From Candidatus Poseidoniaceae archaeon (GTDB lineage Archaea; Thermoplasmatota; Poseidoniia; Poseidoniales; Poseidoniaceae): a stretch of DNA of 64,000 nucleotides. The stretch covers positions 29,314 to 93,313 of the forward strand of contig CBFHXB010000007.1 of assembly GCA_965659685.1 (NCBI GenBank). Reading direction: 5' to 3'. Below are positions 55,201-63,984 of this stretch, in pieces; the stretch's first letter is position 1; each line of letters begins with the position of its first letter. A program made the translations under genes and the position numbers. A model generated the notes under the pieces. That model did not search any database. It was not told the origin of the DNA and worked only from the letters and a program-made list of their open reading frames with translations.

Positions 55201-57799
55201 GCCAGGAAGCGCCTTGAATTGCGTCACATGCATCGCCGCCTTGTTCGACGGTGTAGCCTCCACCAGGGTCTGACCAACCGTCGCCGTCGCTGTCGATGCA
55301 ACCGAACCGGTCTTGGGAAGAATTTCCTGCCACCAAGGTGCAACTGTCGGGTTGGAATCCGACGGCGTTATCGCCGTAGCCGTCGTAGTCGGTGTCGGCC
55401 CACTGCGTGGGGTCGGCCGGGAAGGCGTCCGCACCTTCGGCGATCGACCAGTTCACGTCTTGGTTGGAATACCCGTCGTTGTCCGTGTCCGGGCAACCCA
55501 AGCGGTCGACGGTGGACCCGCCGTAGGTGTTCGGGCAATCGTCGTCGTCGTCTTCGACGCCGTCCAAGTCCGCGTCAACGGTCAGGTTGGTCAGCGCCCA
55601 ATCTTCGCTCAAGGTCATGGCGAACATCTGGGGCCCACCTTGGGGCACGCTCGTGCCGATCACGTGGACTTCCCACGTGCCTTGGGCGGGGGAGGTGAAC
55701 GACAATCCCCGGAGGTTGTCGACGTTGTTTGACAAATTCGTCCAGGTCCCGCTTGGGTCTTTTACGGCCAAGTCCAGGTCGTTCACCAGGTGCGTGGAAG
55801 CGGCAGGCGTCGAGGCAGGATCGGTCCACGCCAGCATGACTCGGAAATCGTCGGCGCCGCTCGGGACGTTGAAACTCCATCCGCGTTCATCGTTCGTGCT
55901 CACGCTTTCGTTGTCGACGAAGGACGCGTTCACGGCCGTCCACATGTCCACACGACCCCAACCTTCGTGGTCGTTTGGCGCCGTTTCCCCGGCTCCGTTG
56001 GTTGAGGAACTGTACTGTCCTTCCATGTCGGTGGAGGATGCGGCAAGGATGGCTTTCACCAAGGCGGAGGAGGGTTCGCTGTGGCCGAGGTTGTCGTCGA
56101 GGTGCTGAATGAGCAAAGCCGTGGCACCGGCCGTGAGGGGTGTGGCCATGCTTGTACCACCCATGTAGGTGTACGAGGTGTTGTACGCACCCCAACCCAC
56201 GGCGGTGGTGTCACGGGATTTTGTGCTGAGGATCCACGCGCCAGGTGCAGACACGTCCGGTTTCAGGCGTGAGTCGTCGGTGGGGCCTCGGCTGGAAAAG
56301 GCCGCCATGCCTTCGATGTTGTCCGCCTGGCGGTCGCTGTTGATCGGGTTGGTTGGGTAGTCCGTAGGCCACCAACCACCCCACGTGGCGGTGACCGAGG
56401 AACGGTCGTTCTCCGTTGCACCGACCGTGATGACGTTCTTTGATGTGCCCGGCGAGGACATGCTGTCCAAATCAACTTCGCCGTCGCTGTTGCCGTCCGT
56501 GCCCTCGTTTCCGGCAGCGAACAAAATGGCCATGTCCCAAAGGATGTGAGCACTGGCGTCGGCTTGCGCGGACGACGTGGTGTACTGACCGTTGTTCGCT
56601 GAGCCCCAAGAGTTGGTGTGGACGCGAGAACCGTTGTCGTAAGCGGGCTCAAACAAATCGTAGAGGTTGTTCGGAATGCCGAGAAGGTAGCCGTCCGTGG
56701 TGCCGGAGATGGTCGCTTCCGTCTCAATGGCTTGGAAGTAGAGTCGAGCTTCAGGTGCTGCGCCACGGATGGCGCCGTTGCTGTGGGTGCCGTCGCCAAG
56801 CACCGAGCCCGCAACGTGCGTTCCGTGACCTGACCACTCGTCTGCCGCACCGTCGTTGCAGGTCGAGAGGCTGTAGTACGAGCACGTGCCGGAGGGGACG
56901 CCAAAGGACACCACATCGACGATGTGGTCGGCAAAATCAGGGTGCATGTTGGAATTGTTGACGCCGTTGTCCAAACCAGTGTCTGCGACGGTCACGATCA
57001 CACCTGTGCCGTCAAGTCCGGTCCAACCCGTCGAGGTTGCTCCCATGTTGGTGGTGGAGGAGACGCCGGTGACGTTCATAATGTGGCGTGCTTCATCGTT
57101 GAAATTGACAAACCAGGGCCGTGGCTCAACCCACTCAAGCGTGGGTTCATGGAGCAACGTCGCCAAGCCTTCTGCGGTGAGCAAGAAGTCAACGAAGCGT
57201 CCACTGTGGCTCATCACCTCAACGCCGCGGGGCATGGTTTCGGGCAGGTCTTCGCCGGCAAGCATGGCGCTGGCCAGCACAGGGCCGTCGTTCTTGGCAA
57301 GGTCCTGAAGCAAGCCCTCTCGCACGCGATCGGACGGTGCGAAGCGTTGCATGCCAACGACGCCCAAGGCTTCGAGGTCTTCCGGTAGCATGCCGTTCAC
57401 TTCACAATGGAACGCAGCAGGGGGCAAGAACGAGCCGCAATGGACTCCTGCCTCGTGAAGTTCTCCTTCCCACGACGTCGGCACAGGCCACGTCGTTCCG
57501 AGCACATACCACCCCTGGAGCGGGCCGGTTTCGTCGGTCCATGCGGACCAGTCCGCAGGAGCCACGAGGGCGGAGGTACGGTGCGCAAGTTCAACGCGAC
57601 CCGCTTCGGTCGGAAGGAACCAGCCCTCGGCAAGGTCACCGCTCGGCCCGGCGTTGAACACGTCGAGCAAGGTGCGGTCAAGGTCGGTCTCGAGCACGCG
57701 CTCGGGGCCAATCTGAGGAACGGCCACGGCGAGCGGGGCCATGACTTGGATGACCATCAGCGCGCTGAAGAGAAGAGCGTGTCGAGCGCGACCGGACAT
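52217..57799 (-). CDS. Giant secreted subtilisin-like serine protease (S8) with ~15 thrombospondin-type-3-like Ca-binding repeats and C-terminal TM anchor
   Basis: Signal peptide after MSGRARHALLFSALMVIQVMA. S8 triad motifs VTVADTGLD / HGTHVAGSV / GGTSMATPLTAG. Long array of GCPDTDGDGYSD…DxDxDGYGDN repeats. C-terminal LLIVLLLGMLVRGRRIR TM. Confidence 0.85.
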   Translation of the reverse strand: MSGRARHALLFSALMVIQVMAPLAVAVPQIGPERVLETDLDRTLLDVFNAGPSGDLAEGWFLPTEAGRVELAHRTSALVAPADWSAWTDETGPLQGWYVLGTTWPVPTSWEGELHEAGVHCGSFLPPAAFHCEVNGMLPEDLEALGVVGMQRFAPSDRVREGLLQDLAKNDGPVLASAMLAGEDLPETMPRGVEVMSHSGRFVDFLLTAEGLATLLHEPTLEWVEPRPWFVNFNDEARHIMNVTGVSSTTNMGATSTGWTGLDGTGVIVTVADTGLDNGVNNSNMHPDFADHIVDVVSFGVPSGTCSYYSLSTCNDGAADEWSGHGTHVAGSVLGDGTHSNGAIRGAAPEARLYFQAIETEATISGTTDGYLLGIPNNLYDLFEPAYDNGSRVHTNSWGSANNGQYTTSSAQADASAHILWDMAILFAAGNEGTDGNSDGEVDLDSMSSPGTSKNVITVGATENDRSSVTATWGGWWPTDYPTNPINSDRQADNIEGMAAFSSRGPTDDSRLKPDVSAPGAWILSTKSRDTTAVGWGAYNTSYTYMGGTSMATPLTAGATALLIQHLDDNLGHSEPSSALVKAILAASSTDMEGQYSSSTNGAGETAPNDHEGWGRVDMWTAVNASFVDNESVSTNDERGWSFNVPSGADDFRVMLAWTDPASTPAASTHLVNDLDLAVKDPSGTWTNLSNNVDNLRGLSFTSPAQGTWEVHVIGTSVPQGGPQMFAMTLSEDWALTNLTVDADLDGVEDDDDDCPNTYGGSTVDRLGCPDTDNDGYSNQDVNWSIAEGADAFPADPTQWADTDYDGYGDNAVGFQPDSCTLVAGNSSQDRFGCIDSDGDGWSDPGGGYTVEQGGDACDAIQGASWRDRNGCADEDGDGASDPDPTGSDASNGSAWVVGDGADAFLGDATQWSDSDGDGFGDNPAPATDPDGCPSQFGDSSADRLGCPDTDGDTYSDPDAGFGTAEGADAFPNDGTQWADQDGDGYGDNATGTQPDACPTVPGTSTEANRLGCPDSDGDGWADVDDSFPYESTQWADSDLDGYGDNSAGVNPDGCPSTAGTSSNDRLGCPDTDGDGYSDADSGWTVAQGADQWPSDATQWVDADNDGFGDNPSGTSGDACPGVTGTSTVDRSGCPDTDGDGYSDEDAGWTLLDGADAFPSDASRWADTDGDGYDDTIDDACPNAAGTSSMDRQGCPDRDSDGWSDPDGVWTVADGADAFVMDGTQWVDQDGDGYGDNATGTLPDACPTEAGASWQNGTLGCPDTDGDGWSNAEDQAPNDGTQWADSDGDGYFDNSGGTMPDACPSVPGNSTAANRYGCPDTDGDGWDDAIDVLPNLPSQWSDQDGDGYGDNATGPQPDACPGASGTSTVDRYGCPDADGDGVSDLGDAFPNDPSRTADTDGDGIDDPSDGCPALAGTSTSPVTGCPDADGDGVADAQAGENGIGEVRLDAGADPFPNDPTQFADQDGDGYGDNASGEQPDACPTVAGASTYDRFGCPDSDGDGASDEGDEFPNDPTQIGDSDDDGYGDLASGEQPDACPGTSGTSTLDRYGCPDSDGDGQSDENDPWPSDGSVWSDQDGDGFADQTGTAVSDDCPNEAGASSQAGVLGCVDRDEDGWADTEDAFPDLPTQHVDSDGDGYGDNNALGAESPDHWPQDATRNIAEASLACELVDPVVDLAVGPKFAFTCTVTHEMQVPVTARVTWDGGADLFGGARSQTVVITPEAENATLWFQTEVARTVPIDLVITVLEPGSNAAMDDVTLKVEVIDSRLLEVDAPTQTAWTDVSWWVDDERGQVALGQVLLIVLLLGMLVRGRRIRTRWQEEREALAMALLERRRTAPPVSSTPPPPQGIPGLNQRPPQ
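52700..55520 (-). repeat. Intragenic tandem repeat array (~62-aa units, ~15 copies) encoding DxDxDG calcium-binding TSP3-like repeats
   Basis: Recurrent GCPDTDGDGYSDxDxGWTVAxGADAFPxDxTQWxDxDGDGYGDNxxGxxPDACP in translation; highly repetitive DNA. Confidence 0.8.
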
Positions 57800-57915
57800 G
57801 GCGTTTGGTTGTGCTGAACCCTCATCAAGCATTGGTTGAATCTGAAGGGTTGAACACGAGCGTTGAAAGGCCATTCCCAGAACGGAAGCCCATGCGTGGC
57901 CGGGGCGGTGGGGAC

Positions 57916-59754
57916 ATGATGTCGCCTGAGGACATCAACGACAAGGTCGCCGTGATGGGTCGCCAATTGTGGCGGGTGGTCCCCTATGCGACCGCGTACC
58001 CTCGTCGCTTGACGACAGGTCTTCTGGCCAATGCATGTGCCCGTGCGGCCGACCTTCTCCCGTTCATCGCCATCGGTTGGGCGGTCGATCACTTCACCTC
58101 GGGAGGTGGCATCGCGGGATTTGGACCGATTGCAGACTTCATCGGTACTCTCCCACAGCCCGCCGTGGGTTATGGAGTCATCATTTTCGTGTCCTTCGTG
58201 ATGCTTGCGGTCTTCCAAGGCATCTCCGAATATTCGTGGCAAACCTTGGGCTACAAAATTCAGCACGACCTTCGCATGGACGCCACCAAGTCGCTCATCG
58301 CGATGGAGGCGTCCTACTACGACCTGCGCCAAACCGGCCAAATCATGTCGGTTCTGTCTTCTGACGTGAATCAACTCGAGGACGTCGTGGCGGATTCGTC
58401 CACCTCGATCATCCGCATTTTGGTGACCTTCGGTTTCGCCTTCATCATTCTCCTCTCTATGTCGTGGAAACTGGCTGCCGTCATTTTCGGACCGCTCATG
58501 TTCATCATCCCATTGGTGTATTGGTTTTCGACACGCGTCCAGCGCAGGTACCGCAAACAACGTGAATCCACGGGAGGCATCACCTCGGTGCTTGAGAACC
58601 TGATTTCTGGCATCGCGGTCGTGCAAGCCTACAACGCCCAATCGTGGGAGGCAGACCGCGTTCAGCGTGAGTCCGGCGAATACCGCGATCAGGCCATTGG
58701 TGCGAGCCAAGAACGCAACCGCTTCCTGCCCGGCATCTACGCCATCGCCGGGGTTGCCTTCGGTTTGTTGACCGTGGCCGGAGGCCGCTTGGCCCAATCA
58801 GGAGAAATCACGACCGGTGAGTTGGTCACCTTCTTGCTCATTTCGACGCGCATGACCATGCCCCTGTTCATTTTCGGCATCCTGGTGAACCAACTCCAGC
58901 GCGGCGAAGCCGCAGCTCGGCGCGTCTTCGCAGCGGTGGACCTCGAGCCGACCATCGTCGATGAACCGGGCGCCGAACCCTTGGCCGGGGGCATCCAATC
59001 CGTCGAATTCCGCAACGTGACTTTTGCCTATCCCGGCACATCGCAACCTGTGCTTTCTCGCATCTCGTTCAAGGTCGAGGCAGGTGCTTTCCTCGGCGTG
59101 ATGGGCCACACCGGTGCCGGGAAGACCACGATTCTGAAACTCTTGATGCGCTACTACACGCCGGACGAAGGAGAGGTGCTGATCAACGGTCAACCCGTGT
59201 CTTCCTTCACGTTGGATTCGGTTCGTGACGCCATTGGATTCGTGTCGCAGGAGCCCTTCCTGTTCCACGGAACGGTGGAGGACAACGTCCGCTACAACAT
59301 CGACACCGACGTCGGGGGTGTCGAAGCGGCGCTGAAGACCGCAGGGGCCTGGGACTTCGTGCAGGACCTTGAGCACGGTCTGGACACCATGGTCGGTGAC
59401 CGTGGCAGCAAACTCTCGGGTGGGCAGCGTGCCCGCGTCAGCCTCGCTCGTGCGGTGCTGAAGGAGCCGAGTTTGCTGATTTTGGACGAAGCCAGCAGCG
59501 CCTTGGACGCAGAAACCGAACGACGCATTCAGGAGAACCTTCTGGCCACAAATGCGCAACGCGCGACCATCGCCGTGGCTCACCGCTTGTCCACCATCCG
59601 CAACGCCGACGAAATCCTCGCGATGGTCGACGGAGCCATCGTTGAGCGCGGTCAGCACGACGAATTGCTCGACGTCAACGGCGTCTACGCGAGCCAATGG
59701 ACCATTCAGACCGGTGACATGGGTGAAGCCCTCACCGCTGATTCCGGAGCATGA
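57916..59754 (+). CDS. ABC exporter, fused permease-ATPase (MsbA/type I exporter-like)
   Basis: 6-TM N-terminal domain. Walker A GHTGAGKTT, signature LSGGQRARVSLARA, Walker B ILDEASSALD. Confidence 0.8.
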   Translation: MMSPEDINDKVAVMGRQLWRVVPYATAYPRRLTTGLLANACARAADLLPFIAIGWAVDHFTSGGGIAGFGPIADFIGTLPQPAVGYGVIIFVSFVMLAVFQGISEYSWQTLGYKIQHDLRMDATKSLIAMEASYYDLRQTGQIMSVLSSDVNQLEDVVADSSTSIIRILVTFGFAFIILLSMSWKLAAVIFGPLMFIIPLVYWFSTRVQRRYRKQRESTGGITSVLENLISGIAVVQAYNAQSWEADRVQRESGEYRDQAIGASQERNRFLPGIYAIAGVAFGLLTVAGGRLAQSGEITTGELVTFLLISTRMTMPLFIFGILVNQLQRGEAAARRVFAAVDLEPTIVDEPGAEPLAGGIQSVEFRNVTFAYPGTSQPVLSRISFKVEAGAFLGVMGHTGAGKTTILKLLMRYYTPDEGEVLINGQPVSSFTLDSVRDAIGFVSQEPFLFHGTVEDNVRYNIDTDVGGVEAALKTAGAWDFVQDLEHGLDTMVGDRGSKLSGGQRARVSLARAVLKEPSLLILDEASSALDAETERRIQENLLATNAQRATIAVAHRLSTIRNADEILAMVDGAIVERGQHDELLDVNGVYASQWTIQTGDMGEALTADSGA

Positions 59755-59980
59755 TCCGGTCGCCGAACAAGGTCAGCGCGCTCAACAGCGCAAAGATGGG
59801 CACCCCGATGACGATGGCCCACACGGACACGCTCATGCCTTGCCAGTTCGTGTCCTCCATGGCCTCTGAGACGACGATCATCGCGACCAAGTCCAGCACC
59901 GCCAAAGCGCCAATGGCCGTTCTTAGCGCGCTCCAAATCTCCTCTTCGTCGCTCAAGCGAGGCTTCTCGTCCTCTGCCAT
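59732..59980 (-). CDS. Small hypothetical membrane protein (2 TM)
   Basis: 82-aa ORF with two hydrophobic helices; overlaps the ABC gene 3' end by 23 nt; weak support. Confidence 0.25.
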   Translation of the reverse strand: MAEDEKPRLSDEEEIWSALRTAIGALAVLDLVAMIVVSEAMEDTNWQGMSVSVWAIVIGVPIFALLSALTLFGDRIMLRNQR

Positions 59981-60019
59981 CGAACGTTGAACCGTGCGAA
60001 GCAGACCAACAGGGTTGCG

Positions 60020-61168
60020 TCAGATGGTCCGCGTACGGTCGTCGATTTGGCGACCGACGCCTGCGGCTCCACCGGTGCGACGAATCTCTCGCCACGCTTT
60101 GTTGACGCCTTGGCCGTAGGCCCAGTGGGCCAGGAACACAAAGAGCGGGGCCAAGGCCACGGTACCGACCGAGCGGTGCGGGCTTGTTCCTGTCGCTGCC
60201 CCAAGCCACGCGATGGCGACGTACACCGCGGCAAGTCCCAAAGTGCCGTGGAAGGCGATGCGGGAAAGGTCCCACGGGCCGGACAACGTGAACCAAAGGT
60301 CCGAGGCAGCACCTCCCGTGGACGCTCCTACGACCAAGGCCAAGGTGGCCGCGATCACCAGCCAAGGGAACAGCCCGACCGCGGTGTGGGACCATGCTGC
60401 GATCTCTGGCCAGCGCTTGTTCGCCACCATTCGTGTGTATCCGTAGTTTCGCATCTGCTTCATGTACGGTTTGAAGGGGCGTCGACGTCGGTGGGGCATG
60501 ACGTTGGACGGGTCGATGAACAACTTGTGGCCAGCACGCTGAATTTTTGCGTCAAGCACGACGTCTTCAGCACCGATGCATCCAGATTCGAAGAAACCCA
60601 CTTCGCGGAGGTTGGCCATCCGGTGGGCGCAGTTCACGCCGGGGTTGTGGGTGATCGGCACCAACTCGCCTTTCGGGCGTGCCCCATACCGGGTCCCCGC
60701 GGTCATGAAACGGGTGCAAAAGGCCACGTCGGCACACTTGGCCCCGAAGGGATCGTGATCAGGTGCGAAATTTGGGCCTCCGACGCCACCGACTTCCGGG
60801 TCGGCAAACCAGCGCACGAGGTTCTCGACCCAATCCATTGGAGGAACGGTGTCGTCGTCGGTGAACAGCACGAGGTCATGGTCCATGGTTTCGAGTGCCT
60901 TGGTGCAGGCATCGGCACGGTTGGTCGAGTCGTCGTCAAACCAGGTGACGCCGTGCTTTTCGCAGACTTCTCGGGTGTGGTCCTTCGATTTTGAATCGGA
61001 GACGATGACCTCGTAGGCAGGATAGGTTTGGCGCATCAGCCGGGCAAGCACGCCGTCAAGTTCGTCGGCGTTGTTGATGGTTGGCACCAACACTGCGACG
61101 CTGTAGGGCTGACCGTCCGGCCCAAGCACGGGTTCGGCGGTGCCGATGCGCGCCTCGTTCTCGTCCAC
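60020..61168 (-). CDS. Family 2 glycosyltransferase with C-terminal multi-TM domain
   Basis: GT-A fold (VLVPTINNADE…, DDD motif FTDDDTV) followed by TM helices. Confidence 0.7.
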   Translation of the reverse strand: MDENEARIGTAEPVLGPDGQPYSVAVLVPTINNADELDGVLARLMRQTYPAYEVIVSDSKSKDHTREVCEKHGVTWFDDDSTNRADACTKALETMDHDLVLFTDDDTVPPMDWVENLVRWFADPEVGGVGGPNFAPDHDPFGAKCADVAFCTRFMTAGTRYGARPKGELVPITHNPGVNCAHRMANLREVGFFESGCIGAEDVVLDAKIQRAGHKLFIDPSNVMPHRRRRPFKPYMKQMRNYGYTRMVANKRWPEIAAWSHTAVGLFPWLVIAATLALVVGASTGGAASDLWFTLSGPWDLSRIAFHGTLGLAAVYVAIAWLGAATGTSPHRSVGTVALAPLFVFLAHWAYGQGVNKAWREIRRTGGAAGVGRQIDDRTRTI

Positions 61169-61281
61169 GTTCTGCCGTGGTGGTTCCCCTCTTAGAATTG
61201 CGGCTCACTTCGCAGGACTCCGCCCCTGCGTCCGGTGATGTTCATAAGCCGTCGAAGGAGCAAGGCAAATCAGGTCATAGC

Positions 61282-62022
61282 ATGCTCAACGTTACCGCTC
61301 GACAAGAGCTCCTCTCCCGCATCGCCGACACCATCAGCATCGTGGTCGAAGAGGCTCGTTTCGACTTCAGCGAAAACGGACTGAACGTCCGCGTCGTTGA
61401 CCCCTCGCACGTCGCGATGGTCAAACTTGACGTCGACGCCGTCGCGTTCGAAACGTGGGAAGTCGAGGAAGCGATGGTCGGACTTGAGATGAAGAAGCTG
61501 AAGGAACTCATCAGCCTCGGTGGTGCCGATGACATCATTTCGATGACCTACGACGGCAAGGGAGACGTGCTGATGAACCTCGGCAAAATCGATCGCAGTT
61601 CCCGCCCCCTCGACAACAACACGCTCAATCCCCCCAACCTTCCCAACCTTGACCTACCGTGCAGCGTCACGATCCGCGGCTCGGAACTTGCTCAGGCCTT
61701 CCGTGCGGCCCGCCAGGTCGGCGACCTTGTGACCCTGTCCATCGATCAGGAGAAGTTCACCATCCACGTTTCAGGTCCCAACGATTCCGTGACCGTCGTG
61801 TATGGCCACGATGAACTCCAAGGCATCACCTGTGAAAGCCCCGCCAAGTCCCAGTACAGTTTGACCTACCTCGTGCCCCTCGGCAAGGTGTTCAGCAGCA
61901 TCGAGAGCGTGACCATCGCGTTCGGTGAAAACTTCCCGTTGGCGATGGACTTCACCTTCAGCGACGGCAGCGGCTCAGTGAAGTATTTCCTCGCTCCTCG
62001 CGTCGAACAAGAAGGGTACTGA
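61282..62022 (+). CDS. pcna: DNA polymerase sliding clamp PCNA
   Basis: 246-aa protein with the typical PCNA two-domain pattern (…LSIDQEKFTIHVSGPNDSVTVVY…VKYFLAPRVE). Confidence 0.85.
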   Translation: MLNVTARQELLSRIADTISIVVEEARFDFSENGLNVRVVDPSHVAMVKLDVDAVAFETWEVEEAMVGLEMKKLKELISLGGADDIISMTYDGKGDVLMNLGKIDRSSRPLDNNTLNPPNLPNLDLPCSVTIRGSELAQAFRAARQVGDLVTLSIDQEKFTIHVSGPNDSVTVVYGHDELQGITCESPAKSQYSLTYLVPLGKVFSSIESVTIAFGENFPLAMDFTFSDGSGSVKYFLAPRVEQEGY

Positions 62023-62083
62023 ACCACGATACCTTCATGTTCGACCCGGGTGAAAGTTCCTTTGTGGAACGGAGCGTCACCTC

Positions 62084-62971
62084 ATGAGCGACGCAACCTC
62101 CCTCCTCGAAGTGGGCTATTGGGTGACCCGCCCGCTCGCGCTCCTGATCGGGGTGTTGCTCATCACGATGCCATACTTCACACGCGTGCGCGTGCATGCT
62201 CGCATGTCTGACGAGGCGTTCGCCAACGTTCACCGTGGTGCCCTGTGGGCACAAACCCTTGGCCTCGGGGTGCTCGTCCTCCTCTTCGGGTTTTTTCTCG
62301 CGGTGCTCTGGGACCTCATCCTGTACTACGGCGACGAACCTTCGTTGCTGACGCTGGCCATCGTTTTGGGGTTTATTGAGTTCCATCTTTTGGCACGTTG
62401 GCTCCAGTCCTTCGCGCTCGGTTCACGTTGGCGGCGTCTCCGCCGTGGTCAACAATGGCGACCTGCTCCGGTGACGCAATACATCCTCGCGTACCCTGCG
62501 GTGTTCACCCAAGGTGCCACTCAACCCCAACCCACGGTGCCGCTGGCTCAGGGCCGTGGTCTCAACCCAGGGTTGGATCCCTCCCTTCCCGTTGCGGCAG
62601 GCTCAACCCCCGCCTCCTTCCAACAGGTGCTCGACGCCGTGCATCGCCAAGTGGCCGAAGCCAACGCTCGAGCAACGGCCCTCGAGGAGGAATTGTCTGA
62701 AACCCGGCGGCACGTCACGCGCCTCGAGCATGATTTGGTCGAGCGGCGCGCCGAAATCGTCCTGCTTGAAGCCGCTCAGACACGCTTTGAGAGCGACATG
62801 GAACAGGAGGCTTCCCGGTCCGACGGAAAGGCCCTCTCCATGCAAGATTCTGTCATTGCCGGGGATGCCTTTGTGGGTTCCACGGTCATCGATCGGCACA
62901 TTGTCAACGATCCGGAAGCCATCGCCAGAGCCGTGCTTGAGGCCTACCGGTCTGGGCGGGGCGATGCGTGA
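62084..62971 (+). CDS. Hypothetical membrane protein with C-terminal coiled coil
   Basis: 3-4 N-terminal TM helices and a heptad-like ARATALEEELSETRRHVTRLEHDLVERRAEIVLLEAAQ segment. Confidence 0.45.
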   Translation: MSDATSLLEVGYWVTRPLALLIGVLLITMPYFTRVRVHARMSDEAFANVHRGALWAQTLGLGVLVLLFGFFLAVLWDLILYYGDEPSLLTLAIVLGFIEFHLLARWLQSFALGSRWRRLRRGQQWRPAPVTQYILAYPAVFTQGATQPQPTVPLAQGRGLNPGLDPSLPVAAGSTPASFQQVLDAVHRQVAEANARATALEEELSETRRHVTRLEHDLVERRAEIVLLEAAQTRFESDMEQEASRSDGKALSMQDSVIAGDAFVGSTVIDRHIVNDPEAIARAVLEAYRSGRGDA

Positions 62972-63325
62972 TCAGTACTCGCGCCAGCCGTGATCGCATT
63001 CCTTGCAGGTGAGCATGCGCGTTTCCGGCTCATCGGAGGAACGGGTTTGTTCAAGGTAGGAATACACGTCATCGCAATCGCACTTCGGGCAGAGGTAACT
63101 GCCGCGGGTCAACACGCCACGCGCCTTGTCCGAGTCTTTGATGACCTCATATTCACGGTCAATCGCCGCCGTTTTCGACTTGGCTTTTGAGAGGTCAACA
63201 GACTTCCCGTCTGCGCCTTTCACGACGAGCTTTGCGGGTCCGGTGTATCCGCACTTGTAGTTGGTGCAAGCGATGTCGCCGGACGGGGATGGGAAAGACA
63301 AGGTCCCACACTTCGGACAGAACAT
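62972..63325 (-). CDS. tfs: Transcription factor S (TFS) / RNA polymerase subunit M-like
   Basis: N-terminal Zn ribbon MFCPKCG…CTNYKCG and C-terminal TFIIS-type ribbon CPKCDCDDVYSYLEQTRSSDEPETRMLTCKECDHGWRE with the acidic loop. Confidence 0.8.
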   Translation of the reverse strand: MFCPKCGTLSFPSPSGDIACTNYKCGYTGPAKLVVKGADGKSVDLSKAKSKTAAIDREYEVIKDSDKARGVLTRGSYLCPKCDCDDVYSYLEQTRSSDEPETRMLTCKECDHGWREY

Positions 63326-63984
63326 GACGGAGGCCTGTCGTCCCGCCACTTAGAACATTCGCAGGGACGCTCGCTCAAGCGAAGGGTCTTGGCCCATGCC
63401 CCACTCGTCACGACGTGCACCTCTTCCACGATTGGTATGTCGCCGTCCTCGTCAACGGTGACGAGCAGGAGGTGGACCGTCTGCGCTGGACCGGCGAGGG
63501 CGGCGTGAAAGGGGCCGTGGAGCGGCTCGACCGTGTCGCCCAAGGGCGCCTGACGGCCGAGGCCGCGCAACTTTTGGAACGTTTTCCTGAAGCCGTCGTC
63601 GAACCGGTGGGCGAAGGAAATCTTCCAGAATTGTCCGAAGAGGACCTCGCCTTCCTCGACCAGGCGGCCATTCGAATGGCGGAACGTGGTGTCGCTGACG
63701 CCGCGGGCGACCTTGATCGTCGACTCGAGCATCTGCATCGGGCCATGGAAGAGGTGCGTCAAGCCAGCAACGTTCGTTTGTCCCGACTCGTCGAGTGGCT
63801 CGGGCTTTTCCTTCCTGACCTCGACCTTGACCGTGACCGTCAGGGCATCGCTCGAGCGCTTGGGGAAGCGGATGACTTGGGCGGCCTCGCCCGTCACCTT
63901 GGGTTGCAGCCACCGGCGCACATGCCCGCCCGTTCGGAATGGCGAAGCCTCCGCGATCACGGGGCAGCCGCCGTGGACGTTCAA
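63220..63984 (-). CDS. Hypothetical protein
   Basis: Only one of three overlapping minus-strand ORFs has protein-like composition and high GC3. Its 3' 106 nt overlap the TFS gene in another frame. Confidence 0.25.
   Translation of the reverse strand: MNVHGGCPVIAEASPFRTGGHVRRWLQPKVTGEAAQVIRFPKRSSDALTVTVKVEVRKEKPEPLDESGQTNVAGLTHLFHGPMQMLESTIKVARGVSDTTFRHSNGRLVEEGEVLFGQFWKISFAHRFDDGFRKTFQKLRGLGRQAPLGDTVEPLHGPFHAALAGPAQTVHLLLVTVDEDGDIPIVEEVHVVTSGAWAKTLRLSERPCECSKWRDDRPPSCSVRSVGPCLSHPRPATSLAPTTSADTPDPQSSS

Noticed and set aside
52466-55698. Several + strand ORFs (360, 409, 304 aa, etc.) across the protease repeat region
   Set aside because: Extremely Arg-rich translations antisense to the TSP3-repeat coding array; artefacts of repetitive GC-rich DNA.
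59706-60395. 229-aa minus-strand ORF
   Set aside because: Overlaps the GT2 gene (60020-61168) in another frame; R/G-rich; the GT2 frame has clear GT-A motifs.
63408-63913. Two further overlapping minus-strand ORFs (112 and 153 aa)
   Set aside because: Ser/Arg/Pro-rich low-complexity translations; the third frame (63220-63984) is the only protein-like one.
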